A stretch of DNA of 64,000 bases from Candidatus Moraniibacteriota bacterium (GCA_003483065.1 DMWY01000018.1:8160-72159), one strand, 5' to 3'. Counted from the stretch's first letter, positions 1 to 10,274 are shown. The notes: generated by a model from the sequence alone, not told the origin. Program-made: numbers and translations.

Positions 1-799
1 AACATTTCACAATATCTTCAGGGGTTCCCACCCCCAAAGCAAAACGCAAAGCATTTTCTGGGATAAATTTGGCAGTTTCTCGCACCACCTCTTCCATAAA
101 ATTTCCCTGCGAATCAATATGTCTCGCGCCAAAACCATAGCCATCGAAACCTATTTTCACTAACTCCTGCGTGCAATGCTTTCGCAGATCTAAATATTCC
201 CCACCCTGAATAACCCCAAAAATCAAAGGTCTATCCGCCTCAGATATTTTTCTTTTTTCAATTTGTCTTTCATATTCATCTTTGCACCTCTTTGCCCAAC
301 TAATTGTTCGCTCAACTGCCATCGCAATTTTTTCGCGTGGATAATCATTAGGTGGCGGATCATCCAAGCAAACCATCATATCCACCCCTAAATCAAATTG
401 AATTTGAATGGCAATTTCCGGTGTCAAAATATGTTTTGAACCATCAGTGGGCGAACGAAAAATAACTTCATTGTCAGTAATTTTTCCCAGTTTTGGATTT
501 TTATGAATCAAAGAAAAAACCTGATAACCACCAGAATCGGATAACAAGGGTTTTGGCCAATTCATAAAATTATGCGCGTCACCAGCTTGTTTTATAATTT
601 CCATCCCAGGATTTAAAAATAGGTGATAAGTATTAATGAGAATCGCTTCCAGCCCAATTTCTTCTAAGATTTCATTGTCAATTGAACGCACAAATCCGCG
701 CGTCGCGTCAGGCATAAAAAACGGAGTGTTCACTTCTCCGTTTTTGAGTCTAATTTTCCCCACTCGACTATTTTGCCTTTTCGAAATTATCTCAAACAT
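1..799 (-). CDS. tgt: tRNA-guanine transglycosylase (queuine tRNA-ribosyltransferase); 5' part only, truncated by window edge
   Basis: Manual translation from ATG at 799: MFEIISKRQNSRVGKIRLKNGEVNTPFFMPDATRGFVR...NTYHL...SDSGGYQVFSL...GVIQGG, typical TGT motifs. Not in the ORF track. Confidence 0.93.
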   Translation of the reverse strand, partial: MFEIISKRQNSRVGKIRLKNGEVNTPFFMPDATRGFVRSIDNEILEEIGLEAILINTYHLFLNPGMEIIKQAGDAHNFMNWPKPLLSDSGGYQVFSLIHKNPKLGKITDNEVIFRSPTDGSKHILTPEIAIQIQFDLGVDMMVCLDDPPPNDYPREKIAMAVERTISWAKRCKDEYERQIEKRKISEADRPLIFGVIQGGEYLDLRKHCTQELVKIGFDGYGFGARHIDSQGNFMEEVVRETAKFIPENALRFALGVGTPEDIVKC

Positions 800-823
800 A
801 CTCCATTTTTTTATCTCTCTTAA

Positions 824-967
824 GAGACTGTTTTGTTAAAGTATAAAAACTCCTGTTTGAAAATGTGATTTTTCTCTAAAAATTTTCTTATCCGCCGTCG
901 ATTGAGGAAAATTTTTAGCCAGAAAAATCACATTTGAGTTAGTTTTTATATTTTAGCAAACGGTCTC
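824..967 (+). repeat. Long imperfect palindrome (MITE/REP-like hairpin)
   Basis: GAGAC/GTCTC ends; tataaaaact/agtttttata; aaatgtgatttttct/agaaaaatcacattt; ctaaaaatttt/aaaatttttag. Overlaps the stop codon of the 966..2864 gene. Confidence 0.85.
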
Positions 968-2864
968 AACCTTCTACCCTATTCCCTCCCACAATCGAAC
1001 TATCTTCTGTGAGATTAGTATTTTTTGCCTCATATTCTCCCTTGATATCCTCTCCAGTGAAAAGATCCTTGGCAAATATATTTGTTTTTTCCAAAAGCCC
1101 GACTTCTCTGCCAACTTGATCCGGCGATGGAGTTATCTTTACCTGAAAAGCCACCTCGGGCGAAGGCAAAAGAAGCCCGGTGCCTGATTTCATATTTCCA
1201 ATTGTCCAAACCATTTCATTAGTTCTAGAATTATAATTCAAATTTGCACCCTCTGGAAAAATTTTTCCAGTCATCTGCGCATTAGTCGGGAGAGTCGCGA
1301 CAACCTTAGCGCCAGAAACATCATTAGAAATATTCAATGCTTTCCAATGAATTGTATAGGTTGTCTCTTGGCCAACTTTTGGTGGAATTGGACCAAAATT
1401 TGGAATGCTCTTGTCAGCATAATATCCCTTGACACTCACCGCCACCTTTGAGTTAACTTTCATATTAATCTCATTGCTGGAAATTATTTTGTTCATAGAA
1501 ATTGGCGTTGGCACATCCGGACTGTCAATTTTCGCCACACTATGAATGATAAAATTTTTGTCTTTTTCTTCTCCTACTGGAAAAGTATTGGAAACTTTAA
1601 CAGTAAAATTCAACATCCCGCTTTGATTAGCGCCCAAATTGACCAACTCGGATATATCCGAAGCTTTCCAAGTAATTATCTTTTTATTTATGTCAAAACT
1701 TCCATTTTTCAATCTTAGCGATGAATAATCCAGTAGCGCGCTATCTATTTCTTCAGTAATGATAACGTCGCGGAGCCCCACATTACCATTGTTTTTATAG
1801 GCAATTTCAAATTCCAAAGTATCGCCCGCATTCACAACAAGATTATCTTTTTTATTCACTCTTTGCGCTATTGTCAACGGAGAAAAAATCATTTTCGTCT
1901 CCGCGCTTTCACTGTTGTATGCCACAAATTCATTTTGATTAGACACTCCAATCTCAGCCGAAACCGTTTTGATATTATCTCTCTCACCTTCCAACTTTCC
2001 GCTTACGACTATTTTTCCACTTTGCCCGGCTGAAAGATTCCCAATGTCCCAAGTGTTATTATCAGTGGAGGTTTTCGGACTAGCCGAAGAAAAAGTGAAT
2101 TGATCCGGATATTTTATTTTTATCACCAAACCATCTATTGTTTCCCCACCATCATTTCGATAATTTATCTGGTAGTCCACCGCGTCGCCACTTGAAGCAT
2201 TTTGTGGAGCCAATACTTCCAAAGTAATCGGGGCAGAATTAACCGTCACACCTAATTGATAATTAGCCTGAAATTGGCTAGAATAGCCGGCCGGATTATA
2301 TGACATTGAAGCCTTGAGATAGATGAGAGCTCCTTTTGGACTATAGGCTTTTCCGTTTAAAACAATTTTTCCTTGAGTTTTGCCTTTGATTGTTCCAATG
2401 TTGAAACTTCCGGAAGTTAGATTGTCAGACTTGAAATTTGGATTATTTTCCGGCTTGAAATTTTCCGGATAATTTATTTTTATAACTGCATTGTTTATAG
2501 TCAGCCGATTGTCATTTTTATAATTTATTTCATAAGTCAAAAGTTTTCCACTGTTTACTTGCATTGGGCCGGAAATTTCAATTGTAGCATTGCCCGATTG
2601 AAAAAGCATTTGCCGAACTAGCATAAACACCGCCATCAAAATAATTATCCCAATGACAATTGCACCAGCAATCACGCCTTTTTTGATAGCCTTTTTTTCA
2701 GCCTTATCCAATCCGGTTTTTTTTGCCCACAAATCACTCTCGCCTTTTTTCATTTCTCCTGTGTCCTTGGCAAGCGACGGATCATACTTACTAATCTCAT
2801 GATCCGACAAATTCTCCGGCGCATCTTTTTTGTATAAATTATTCTTAATATCTTGAAGTGACAT
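966..2864 (-). CDS. Membrane-anchored protein with repeated Ig-like (DUF11-like) domains
   Basis: 632 aa; one N-terminal TM helix; repeated 'SGD.V.Y.I.Y.N.G' beta-sandwich motifs. Confidence 0.75.
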   Translation of the reverse strand: MSLQDIKNNLYKKDAPENLSDHEISKYDPSLAKDTGEMKKGESDLWAKKTGLDKAEKKAIKKGVIAGAIVIGIIILMAVFMLVRQMLFQSGNATIEISGPMQVNSGKLLTYEINYKNDNRLTINNAVIKINYPENFKPENNPNFKSDNLTSGSFNIGTIKGKTQGKIVLNGKAYSPKGALIYLKASMSYNPAGYSSQFQANYQLGVTVNSAPITLEVLAPQNASSGDAVDYQINYRNDGGETIDGLVIKIKYPDQFTFSSASPKTSTDNNTWDIGNLSAGQSGKIVVSGKLEGERDNIKTVSAEIGVSNQNEFVAYNSESAETKMIFSPLTIAQRVNKKDNLVVNAGDTLEFEIAYKNNGNVGLRDVIITEEIDSALLDYSSLRLKNGSFDINKKIITWKASDISELVNLGANQSGMLNFTVKVSNTFPVGEEKDKNFIIHSVAKIDSPDVPTPISMNKIISSNEINMKVNSKVAVSVKGYYADKSIPNFGPIPPKVGQETTYTIHWKALNISNDVSGAKVVATLPTNAQMTGKIFPEGANLNYNSRTNEMVWTIGNMKSGTGLLLPSPEVAFQVKITPSPDQVGREVGLLEKTNIFAKDLFTGEDIKGEYEAKNTNLTEDSSIVGGNRVEG

Positions 2865-2979
2865 AGATTTATCTTTATTTTTTATACTACTATAATACTA
2901 GATTTCTTGATTTTTAACAATACAATCCTCATCTCTCTAAAGTTGAACTTTTTTGCATTTTATATTTTACATTTTAATT

Positions 2980-3185
2980 TCAGCCTTGCGACGGCGACGA
3001 TAAAAATTGAAGTTTACGAACGTTAAGAATTTACTCATTCTGTGCCTAAAGGGAGTTAGTAAATTTAGTGAGTAAACTGAAAATTTTTCGTCGTAGGAGC
3101 TCGGCTGAGAGTTCTTTTTGTTACTTTTTCTTGCGGAAAGAAAAAGTAAGGCTAAGTTTTTTAGAAAAAGAAAAATGGCGAGGAG
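2980..3185 (+). repeat. Family-A composite hairpin repeat, copy 1
   Basis: Core cgttaagaatttactcat...tagtaaatttag plus a second hairpin ttactttttct..agaaaaagtaa; related to 27378-27585 and 37235-37446. Confidence 0.85.
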
Positions 3186-3186
3186 C

Positions 3187-3921
3187 CTAATTCGTTATCC
3201 ACCTCACCGCTTCTCGCACAATAATTTTCAAATTATTCAAATTATTCAAATTCTTTTTTTCCAATTTTATCTTGCCAAGATTTTCCATTTTATTTTCCAG
3301 CACAATCCGAATGAATTTCACCCCTTCATCATTTATTCTGATTTTTTTTGTCTCTTGTTTGGCACAGTTTGAACAAATTATTCCGCCCCTCTCCGCACTG
3401 AAATAATTTTCTCCAGAAATTAGTTTGCCGGCGCAAACAGCACATTTTTTGGCCTCTTGTTTGTAGCCTAAATTTTGCAATAATTTAAAGATAAAACCAA
3501 GAGTATAAATATCAAATTTCAAAATATCCTTTTCGGCTTTGCCAGCCTCATCATTCATCATCAATAGATATTCCAATAAAAGTTGGAAAGTTTTTTCATC
3601 CTTTTCTTCCTGCGTCATCAAACGATTGAAAATTTTCATCACACCAAAAACTTTCTCCAGTGCAAAAATATTTTCTTTGATTGCCAAAAAATTTTCCATC
3701 GGGATTACGCCCGTGATATTACCTCTCCCCTTGCCCTTAGCCAAAAAAATTTCACACTGCGTTATAGATTCCAAATTGCCCGCCAATTTTGCATTGGGCT
3801 TTTTGACCCCAATTGCCCGCGCCAAAATCCGCCCGGCTTCTCGAGTGTAAACCACATAAACACGGTCAGTTTCGCCCGTGTCAATCTTATTTAGCACAAT
3901 CGCATTATATTTATATTCCAT
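3187..3921 (-). CDS. recO: DNA repair protein RecO
   Basis: GETDRV..YTREAGRI...A.G, CxxC...CxxC zinc finger. Start placed at MEY because the upstream ATG lies inside a repeat. Confidence 0.92.
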   Translation of the reverse strand: MEYKYNAIVLNKIDTGETDRVYVVYTREAGRILARAIGVKKPNAKLAGNLESITQCEIFLAKGKGRGNITGVIPMENFLAIKENIFALEKVFGVMKIFNRLMTQEEKDEKTFQLLLEYLLMMNDEAGKAEKDILKFDIYTLGFIFKLLQNLGYKQEAKKCAVCAGKLISGENYFSAERGGIICSNCAKQETKKIRINDEGVKFIRIVLENKMENLGKIKLEKKNLNNLNNLKIIVREAVRWITN

Positions 3922-3927
3922 ATTCCT

Positions 3928-4015
3928 TGTCATCCTGAACTTGTTTCAGGATCTCTAATATTAGCTACATCAGGTGCTGAAACCCGCCGGCCAGCGAGGT
4001 AAATTCAGTATGACA
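3928..4015 (+). repeat. TGTCA...TGACA double-hairpin element (copy 1) with nested 17-nt GC-rich insert
   Basis: gtcatcctgaacttgtttcaggatct ... gctgaaa[cccgccggccagcgagg]taaattcagtatgaca. Confidence 0.85.
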
Positions 4016-4135
4016 CGTTTTATCATAAGCTTCTATATCCCTATTCTACTATCTTTCCCTAAAAACAAAAAGGCGCCCGTCGCAATGAATCTGCAACGAG
4101 ACGCCTCTTCTGAATTTTTCAGAAAACGGGATTTT

Positions 4136-4492
4136 TTAAAGTAGCCTCCTAACTACTTCGGTGATTTCCCTTCCTCCAGCCGGCTTTGCCAAAAAAGCAT
4201 TAACACAAAAAATCATTGCCAGATTTTGCGCATTAACACTTCCGGAGTAAACAAAAATATTTGTTTGGGGTGATTTTCTCTGACAAAATCTTATAATATC
4301 TACTCCGCCTTTTTTGATTCCAACAATAATCAGGTCAGGCTTATAACTGATTATTCTTTGTCTCTGCTCGTCTCGATCATCTGAGACGATAATCTCACCC
4401 GCAAAACCAGCCGAAAGAATTTGTCTTCTGATTAAATCATTTGTGGCACTGTCTAAATATGCCACTAAAATTATCCCCGACTTTTCTTCCAT
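4136..4492 (-). CDS. Single-domain receiver-like (pseudo-receiver) protein
   Basis: REC pattern (PDLIIV, YSG, FLAKP) but the phosphoacceptor Asp position is Gly. Confidence 0.75.
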   Translation of the reverse strand: MEEKSGIILVAYLDSATNDLIRRQILSAGFAGEIIVSDDRDEQRQRIISYKPDLIIVGIKKGGVDIIRFCQRKSPQTNIFVYSGSVNAQNLAMIFCVNAFLAKPAGGREITEVVRRLL

Positions 4493-4504
4493 TCTTTTTT
4501 CTCC

Positions 4505-4873
4505 CTATAGGGTTAAAATTAGATTTTCCACTGCTTCCCTGATAACTTCCAATGGAAACGGTTTCAATAAAAACACATCGTATCCAATGGAAAAATCTTC
4601 TTCTTTTTCTGAACCAGACATATAAATAACACCCATCTCCGACATAATCTCTTTTGCTTTTTTTATCAACCTTGCCCCATTCATTTCGGGCATTTGGCTA
4701 TCCGAAATCAGAAGATCGATTTTTTTGTCTTCCAATTTCATATTTTTTATGAAGTCTAAAGCAAAAAGTGGAAATGAGAAATCAAAAACTTCATATCCCA
4801 ATTCTCCTAGATATAAGGAGAGCGTAGTTAAAATTAAATCACTATCATCAACCACGACTATTGTTTTGACCAT
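4505..4873 (-). CDS. CheY-like single-domain response regulator
   Basis: VVDD, DLLISDSQMPEMNG, MSG, KPF; SD-like AGGAGG upstream of ATG at 4873. Confidence 0.88.
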   Translation of the reverse strand: MVKTIVVVDDSDLILTTLSLYLGELGYEVFDFSFPLFALDFIKNMKLEDKKIDLLISDSQMPEMNGARLIKKAKEIMSEMGVIYMSGSEKEEDFSIGYDVFLLKPFPLEVIREAVENLILTL

Positions 4874-4986
4874 ATCTCCCCTCCTTATATATTCAAGAAA
4901 GTATTTATTCAATTTTTAAGATTAACTAAAAGCCTACCGTTTTAGGCTTCCCCACATTCAAGCATATTTTGAATTTTTAGTCAAAC

Positions 4987-5015
4987 AAAAACCCCGTTTT
5001 GGCGGAGTTTTTGTC
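4987..5015 (-). terminator. Intrinsic terminator after large surface protein gene
   Basis: aaaaaccccg-tttt-ggcggagttttt stem flanked by A/T tracts. Confidence 0.65.
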
Positions 5016-5033
5016 TTATTTGAGCCTAAATTG

Positions 5034-8000
5034 CTATTTAATTTCTGCTCTTTGAGTAGCTTTTTTCCTAGTAAAATAGAAAATAGCATATAGCACCACA
5101 CCTCCAATTATCGCTGTCCAAGGAAGCCATTTGTAAAGTCGACATACTTCATAGAAGTACCAGACAAACAAAATCACAGCCAATTCTATCACTTGAGACA
5201 CCCAAGGCAAATTCTTTCCTTCTTTGAACTTGTTGAAAGTAGAAAAACTAAATATTCCTGCATATGCGAGTAGCATTAGAATCCAAACCCACAAAGGCCA
5301 TTCTTTGCAATTCTTTTCCGCCCCAGCCACTTCTGGATTAGATTGAACGCCCTCGACTTGTCCACCCTGATTATTCTCTTCATTCGGAGTCGGTTGTGTT
5401 TCTTGCCCACCTCCCGTTGTCGCTGGAAGTGTTCCTCCTGTTACGATAGCCACATTTTCGTCTTCATCGCTTCCATTATCTTCATTTCGAGAATAATCAT
5501 TATCGTATTTGCATATAACATTTGAACCGGAAGCTAAATTGATAGTGACTTTCTTTTTACTTTTCACAAAAGTTGCTAAGTTCGTTGAATCACTACAACG
5601 AATTTTGTCAAAAGACCAGTGGTCACTATTCAAGGATCCTTCTGTGACTGAATATGTGCCAGGGACCAAAAATTCACTTGTCCATGCATCATCCTGCCCC
5701 AACTTAAATGTGCCAGCGAAACTTGAGGAGAAAGGAAACTTTCTGCTGGTGTCATGATCAACTCTCTTAATGATTGTGATTTTTCCTAATTGCTGATTGC
5801 CGAAATTATATTCCGGTCCACTCACATAATTTTGCGATTCCTGGAATTCATAAGAATTTCCATCAGGAAGATTTATCGTGTAGCAATTCGATTCACTCGG
5901 GAAAGTTTGTCTCCAACCATCTTTTTGCGTCTCACAAACCTTGTATTCTCCTGGCAATAATTTTTCAAACCAATACCAACCAAAATGTTGATCGCTACCA
6001 TCCGTATTCATTGTTTTCATTGGCTCACTGTTATATCCCTCTCCATTTGACTGATAGAGATTAATAGTCCAGCCAGAAAGCAAGGACTCTGTTTCATCTT
6101 TTACCCCATCTCCATCCGCATCGCTCCATTTATATCCATGAATTGTGCTTAGTTTGGTATTGGTAATAGTACATTCTTTGGTTTCACCAGCTTCCACACT
6201 CACATCTGCGCAAGTATTCTCGGTCTGTTGCCAATTATTTGGAAGATTCTTTTCTAAAACAGAATATGTTCCCGGTGTCACTTCATAATCTGCTGATTTG
6301 GCAGTTAAAATCGATTGATTTGAATCAGAAATAACAGTGCCTTTTTCAGTACTAATAGAAGTATCAAAAGATGTTTCGTCATTAGCTGGATTGGTTATCT
6401 TATTAACAATCAAATGTCCGTTTCTATTATTAGTAATTGTACAAACAATATCTTCGTCCTTATTCACTGTGATTCCAGAAAGACTTGTCCCAGCTCCTGA
6501 AGCTATAATTTCATCACCATTTTTACATTCAATTGAAGATGAGTAATCTGAAAGATCAGTTGGTATCCAAACAAGATGATGGTTTATCCATTCAAAATGA
6601 CCCGCGGCGGTTTCTGAAACACTATGCGTTCCAGTTTTCACTGTTTTTTTCCAAGTTGAATCACCATCACTTGCAAGCAATCTTTCAATGTCTCCGTCAA
6701 TTTTCAAATTAAATCTGCCTTCGTCATCAGATGGATTGAGATTTTTCACAACCTTGATCGTTCCAGTGTTTCTGGTGTTTTGAATTGTGCAAGTGACGTC
6801 CTCATCCTCTCCAACATTGATTCCAGAAAGACTTGTTCCTTGTCCTGAAGAAACTTCCACTGTTTCATAATGACAATGACCATAGTGGCAATAGTCAATT
6901 TCTTGACGAGTGCATCTTATCGAAGATGTATAATCTGCCAAATCTGTTGCGCCATAACCTTCTTCCGAAACGCTATGTGCTCCAGTTATCACTGTTTGTG
7001 TTCCTGTTGTGCCATTGTCGCCTTTATTAGTTCCTTTGACAGTTTCATCAATCAGCAAATTAAATCGTCCCGAATCAAAACTCAAATTTGAATGTAAATC
7101 TTTGACAACTTTTATAGTTCCCGTTGCCAATTCAACTTTAATATTAAATGATTTATTTGAAGTATTCCCAGCAGAATCACTCGCACTGCAAGTTACTACA
7201 GTTGTTCCGATTGGAAAAATTGAACCGGATACTGGAATACAATTCACTTCAATATCTCCATCCACTGCATCATTTGCTGTTGGATTTACATATGTGACAA
7301 TCTTTCCACTAGGATCAGTGGTTTTGGTGTTTATATTTGCAGGCATTCCGGAAATAACTGGAGGAGTTGTGTCTTGAACTGTCACAGTGAATGAACCGCT
7401 GGCTATATTTCCCGCCGTGTCAGTCGCACTACAAGCAACAGTGGTTGTTCCAATTGGAAAAGTTGAACCGGAAACTGGGTTGCAAGTCACGACAGGATGA
7501 GCAGGATTAGCATCATCAGCAATAGCAACAAAAGAAACCATAGCTCCGCTTGAATTTGTCGCTTCAGTGGTAATATTGGCTGGTAAATTTAGAGTCGGAG
7601 AAGTTGTGTCAGAATAATCATAAGCAATTTTTATTTGCACATTATCAACATAAGCTGTTTGATGACCAACAGGAGATCTTCTAACAGATAAAACGACACC
7701 AAAATCAGCATCATTCACTTGCTCTGGTGTCCAAGTTGTTCCCCATAGATTAGTTTCTCCTCCGTAGATTGCAACAGCATCCGTTGCTGGCCAATATTCA
7801 CCACGAAAATAATTAGATCCCACCACTGCTCCAGTATTGTCTACAAGCCTAACTAAATGATCTTGAACTGCGTTTGAAGAAGAAGCTTTTCGCTCTATTG
7901 AAACTTGGATTCCCGTGATAGTTGCTCCGGCTGGTACAGAAAAACCAAAATCAGAAACCTTGAGATAGTTGGAAACATGCCCAGAGCTTGTAAGATTGGC

Positions 8001-8945
8001 ATAAGCATATTGATTATCAGAGGTCTTGGCTTTATCTGGGTTCCTCCATTTAAAATCATTACCAACCCAACTATTAATTGATTCATCTGGATTCATTTCT
8101 ACATAAAATATCGTAAAATGATCCAAGCTTACTGAAACTTTTTTGTCTTCAATTTTTATGTCATCTTCAGAAACTGTTTTTGCATCTTCTAGCTCTGATT
8201 CTTTTTCCGCATATTTAATTTGCACATTATCTTGACCTTTTGGTTTTGGAAGAGTCAAATCATACTCAAAAGTTCCGTCTTCCATATCAGAAGTAATATC
8301 ATAAGCTTTGTTGGAAAGCGCATTAAGACTCGCTACTTGTTCATCTGTTAATTTTATTTCTTCAATCGAAAGTTTTCCAGAATTTTCTGGCAATTTTGTG
8401 AAAGTGACCGTCACGTGATCATTTTGTGGAGCAACATATTTTTCATTGAGTTTTACATCTTCGGTGGTTGTTTCTTTGTCACCATCCCTTGACCAAATGT
8501 CTTTTTCCGATTCCTCATCTTTTGCATCCCCATTGGAACCTCCTTCTGTTGAATTTTCCTTCTCTGGCGCAACAATTGATGCCGCCTCAGGAGTGATTTG
8601 TCCTTCGCCTGTGATTTCAATGTTTTCTGTGTTTTCCGCTTCTTCTTTCACTTCTTGAATAAGTTCTTCTTTATCCTCATCTACAATTTCCTCCTTTAAA
8701 TCATCTTTTATTTCTTCTTTAACTTTAGTGTCCTTTTTTTCTTCCTTTTCCTTCTCTTCCTCTGAAGAAGAATCATCTTTTGATGAAATAGACTCTTCTG
8801 CGCTAGGCGAAGAGGCATTATCCTCGGCAATTGCCACCATTATTCCCCCTGGTTGAAAAAATACCAATGAAAAAATGGTAAACACATAAAGTGCTTTTTG
8901 CGCCCATTTTTTCAAACTTTTTTTGACTTTTCTTATAGTCTTCAT
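5034..8945 (-). CDS. Large cell-surface protein (acidic linker, two HYR domains, repeated prealbumin/SdrD-B-like Ig domains, C-terminal TM helices)
   Basis: 1303 aa; signal-like N-terminus; 'DTTPP...C.P.SGS.FPIGTTTV.CSATD.AGN' HYR repeats; 'G.I.V.K...C...N' repeats; hydrophobic C-terminus. Confidence 0.85.
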   Translation of the reverse strand: MKTIRKVKKSLKKWAQKALYVFTIFSLVFFQPGGIMVAIAEDNASSPSAEESISSKDDSSSEEEKEKEEKKDTKVKEEIKDDLKEEIVDEDKEELIQEVKEEAENTENIEITGEGQITPEAASIVAPEKENSTEGGSNGDAKDEESEKDIWSRDGDKETTTEDVKLNEKYVAPQNDHVTVTFTKLPENSGKLSIEEIKLTDEQVASLNALSNKAYDITSDMEDGTFEYDLTLPKPKGQDNVQIKYAEKESELEDAKTVSEDDIKIEDKKVSVSLDHFTIFYVEMNPDESINSWVGNDFKWRNPDKAKTSDNQYAYANLTSSGHVSNYLKVSDFGFSVPAGATITGIQVSIERKASSSNAVQDHLVRLVDNTGAVVGSNYFRGEYWPATDAVAIYGGETNLWGTTWTPEQVNDADFGVVLSVRRSPVGHQTAYVDNVQIKIAYDYSDTTSPTLNLPANITTEATNSSGAMVSFVAIADDANPAHPVVTCNPVSGSTFPIGTTTVACSATDTAGNIASGSFTVTVQDTTPPVISGMPANINTKTTDPSGKIVTYVNPTANDAVDGDIEVNCIPVSGSIFPIGTTVVTCSASDSAGNTSNKSFNIKVELATGTIKVVKDLHSNLSFDSGRFNLLIDETVKGTNKGDNGTTGTQTVITGAHSVSEEGYGATDLADYTSSIRCTRQEIDYCHYGHCHYETVEVSSGQGTSLSGINVGEDEDVTCTIQNTRNTGTIKVVKNLNPSDDEGRFNLKIDGDIERLLASDGDSTWKKTVKTGTHSVSETAAGHFEWINHHLVWIPTDLSDYSSSIECKNGDEIIASGAGTSLSGITVNKDEDIVCTITNNRNGHLIVNKITNPANDETSFDTSISTEKGTVISDSNQSILTAKSADYEVTPGTYSVLEKNLPNNWQQTENTCADVSVEAGETKECTITNTKLSTIHGYKWSDADGDGVKDETESLLSGWTINLYQSNGEGYNSEPMKTMNTDGSDQHFGWYWFEKLLPGEYKVCETQKDGWRQTFPSESNCYTINLPDGNSYEFQESQNYVSGPEYNFGNQQLGKITIIKRVDHDTSRKFPFSSSFAGTFKLGQDDAWTSEFLVPGTYSVTEGSLNSDHWSFDKIRCSDSTNLATFVKSKKKVTINLASGSNVICKYDNDYSRNEDNGSDEDENVAIVTGGTLPATTGGGQETQPTPNEENNQGGQVEGVQSNPEVAGAEKNCKEWPLWVWILMLLAYAGIFSFSTFNKFKEGKNLPWVSQVIELAVILFVWYFYEVCRLYKWLPWTAIIGGVVLYAIFYFTRKKATQRAEIK

Positions 8946-8977
8946 AGATTTAATTTAGATAATTACCTTATTAAAAA

Positions 8978-9130
8978 AACAAAAAACAACCAAAACTGAC
9001 TGCCCCTAAAAAGGCAACAAGCTTTAGTTGTTCTTCCACAGCTAAAATTCTTCTGCTAGTTGTGCTCATTTCACCCGTATTTAAAACACTTTAACAGATT
9101 TAATCTACTACAGATATCAGATTTTGTCCA
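8978..9130 (-). promoter_or_regulatory. Putative promoter and structured leader with terminator-like hairpin upstream of the surface protein gene
   Basis: TGGACA-17-TAGATT on minus strand; hairpin cacaactag/ttagctgtg; long stem aacaactaaagct/agttttggttgtt followed by a U tract before the ATG. Confidence 0.45.
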
Positions 9131-9322
9131 GCGTTTTGCCACTATTGACAAAAATAAAATATATGCCTTAATGTTTTTCCAAAAGTCAAAAAAACCACCC
9201 AAGCGGTGGAATTTTTTGTTTTTGTTTTTATCTCTCGATATAACGAGATAAGGCAAGGAATCTAGCCTTTCTTTTTTTTAGGCTTGTTCGGCCTATTACT
9301 TGTTTATTAAATTCTTTCTATA

Positions 9323-9426
9323 TTTACCCTATGGAATAATATTATATAAAACTCCAATCATATTTTAAAATTAAAGATAACCTATGGTCTTAAGAATATT
9401 CTAAGTCCGTATTCCATAGGGTGAAA
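9323..9426. repeat. MITE-like element with 16-bp terminal inverted repeats
   Basis: tttaccctatggaata ... tattccatagggtgaaa. Confidence 0.7.
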
Positions 9427-9443
9427 ATTCTATTTTTTCTTGT

Positions 9444-10256
9444 TTAAACTTGTTGGACATTTTTCTTCATTCCGTGAGCCATATATATTTTGTCGCAAGC
9501 TACTGCCAAAAAAGAAATTGGGAGAAGGGCAATTGATCCAAGGAAAAGTAATGCCGAAGCTACTGACAAAACATTCGATACATTCGGCCAAACTTTTTCG
9601 GGATTAATTTTGACAGTGTTTTTGTTTTCTGGGATTGTTTTAGTTAGCGTTTCTTCTTTTATCGCTAAAACTTGTGGCAGAATTCCTGCTCCCCTCTCGA
9701 GCAAATCAGAACTTTTTTGCATTATGAAATTTTCGCCATCTTTTGAAGCCATAAGCGCTCCCGCTCTAGTTCCAAATTCTTGCACTGTGATAAGTGACAT
9801 TTCACCATCTATCTCTCCTGCGCCAAACGCTACACCAATTTCTTTGTAATCAGGATTCAAAATATTTTTTCGGTGCGTCGGGCTTTTCATCCAAGCTGAT
9901 TGTTGCTCTTCGGCGCTGGTATAATTGATGGCTAAATTTTCACCGGCGAATTGATAGTCGTAGTTCTCGCGTGCAAACCAGTGCCATGGAGTTTTTCCAC
10001 TTGGTGAAGTATGCGCGAAATAACTATTCTTGATCATATCATTGAGTTTGTCATTAGCCACCCTGGAAAGTGCTTCGTTTTGACTAAGTGGTGCCAAGCC
10101 TTCTTTCTCTCGAGCGATGTTTACCAGTTGGATAACTTTTCCAGGATTTATTTCACTCGCCATTATCGGCACAGCAAAAATAAAGAACATAATTGCAATT
10201 GCAACCACCTCCACAAAACATTCTTCTATTAATTTGATTTTTAATCTCTTAATCAT
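9444..10256 (-). CDS. CAP/SCP-domain protein, membrane anchored
   Basis: N..R...GL.PL, YFAH, GENLA, WMKSPTHRKNIL. Confidence 0.92.
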   Translation of the reverse strand: MIKRLKIKLIEECFVEVVAIAIMFFIFAVPIMASEINPGKVIQLVNIAREKEGLAPLSQNEALSRVANDKLNDMIKNSYFAHTSPSGKTPWHWFARENYDYQFAGENLAINYTSAEEQQSAWMKSPTHRKNILNPDYKEIGVAFGAGEIDGEMSLITVQEFGTRAGALMASKDGENFIMQKSSDLLERGAGILPQVLAIKEETLTKTIPENKNTVKINPEKVWPNVSNVLSVASALLFLGSIALLPISFLAVACDKIYMAHGMKKNVQQV

Positions 10257-10274
10257 CTTTTTGTTTTTGTATTT

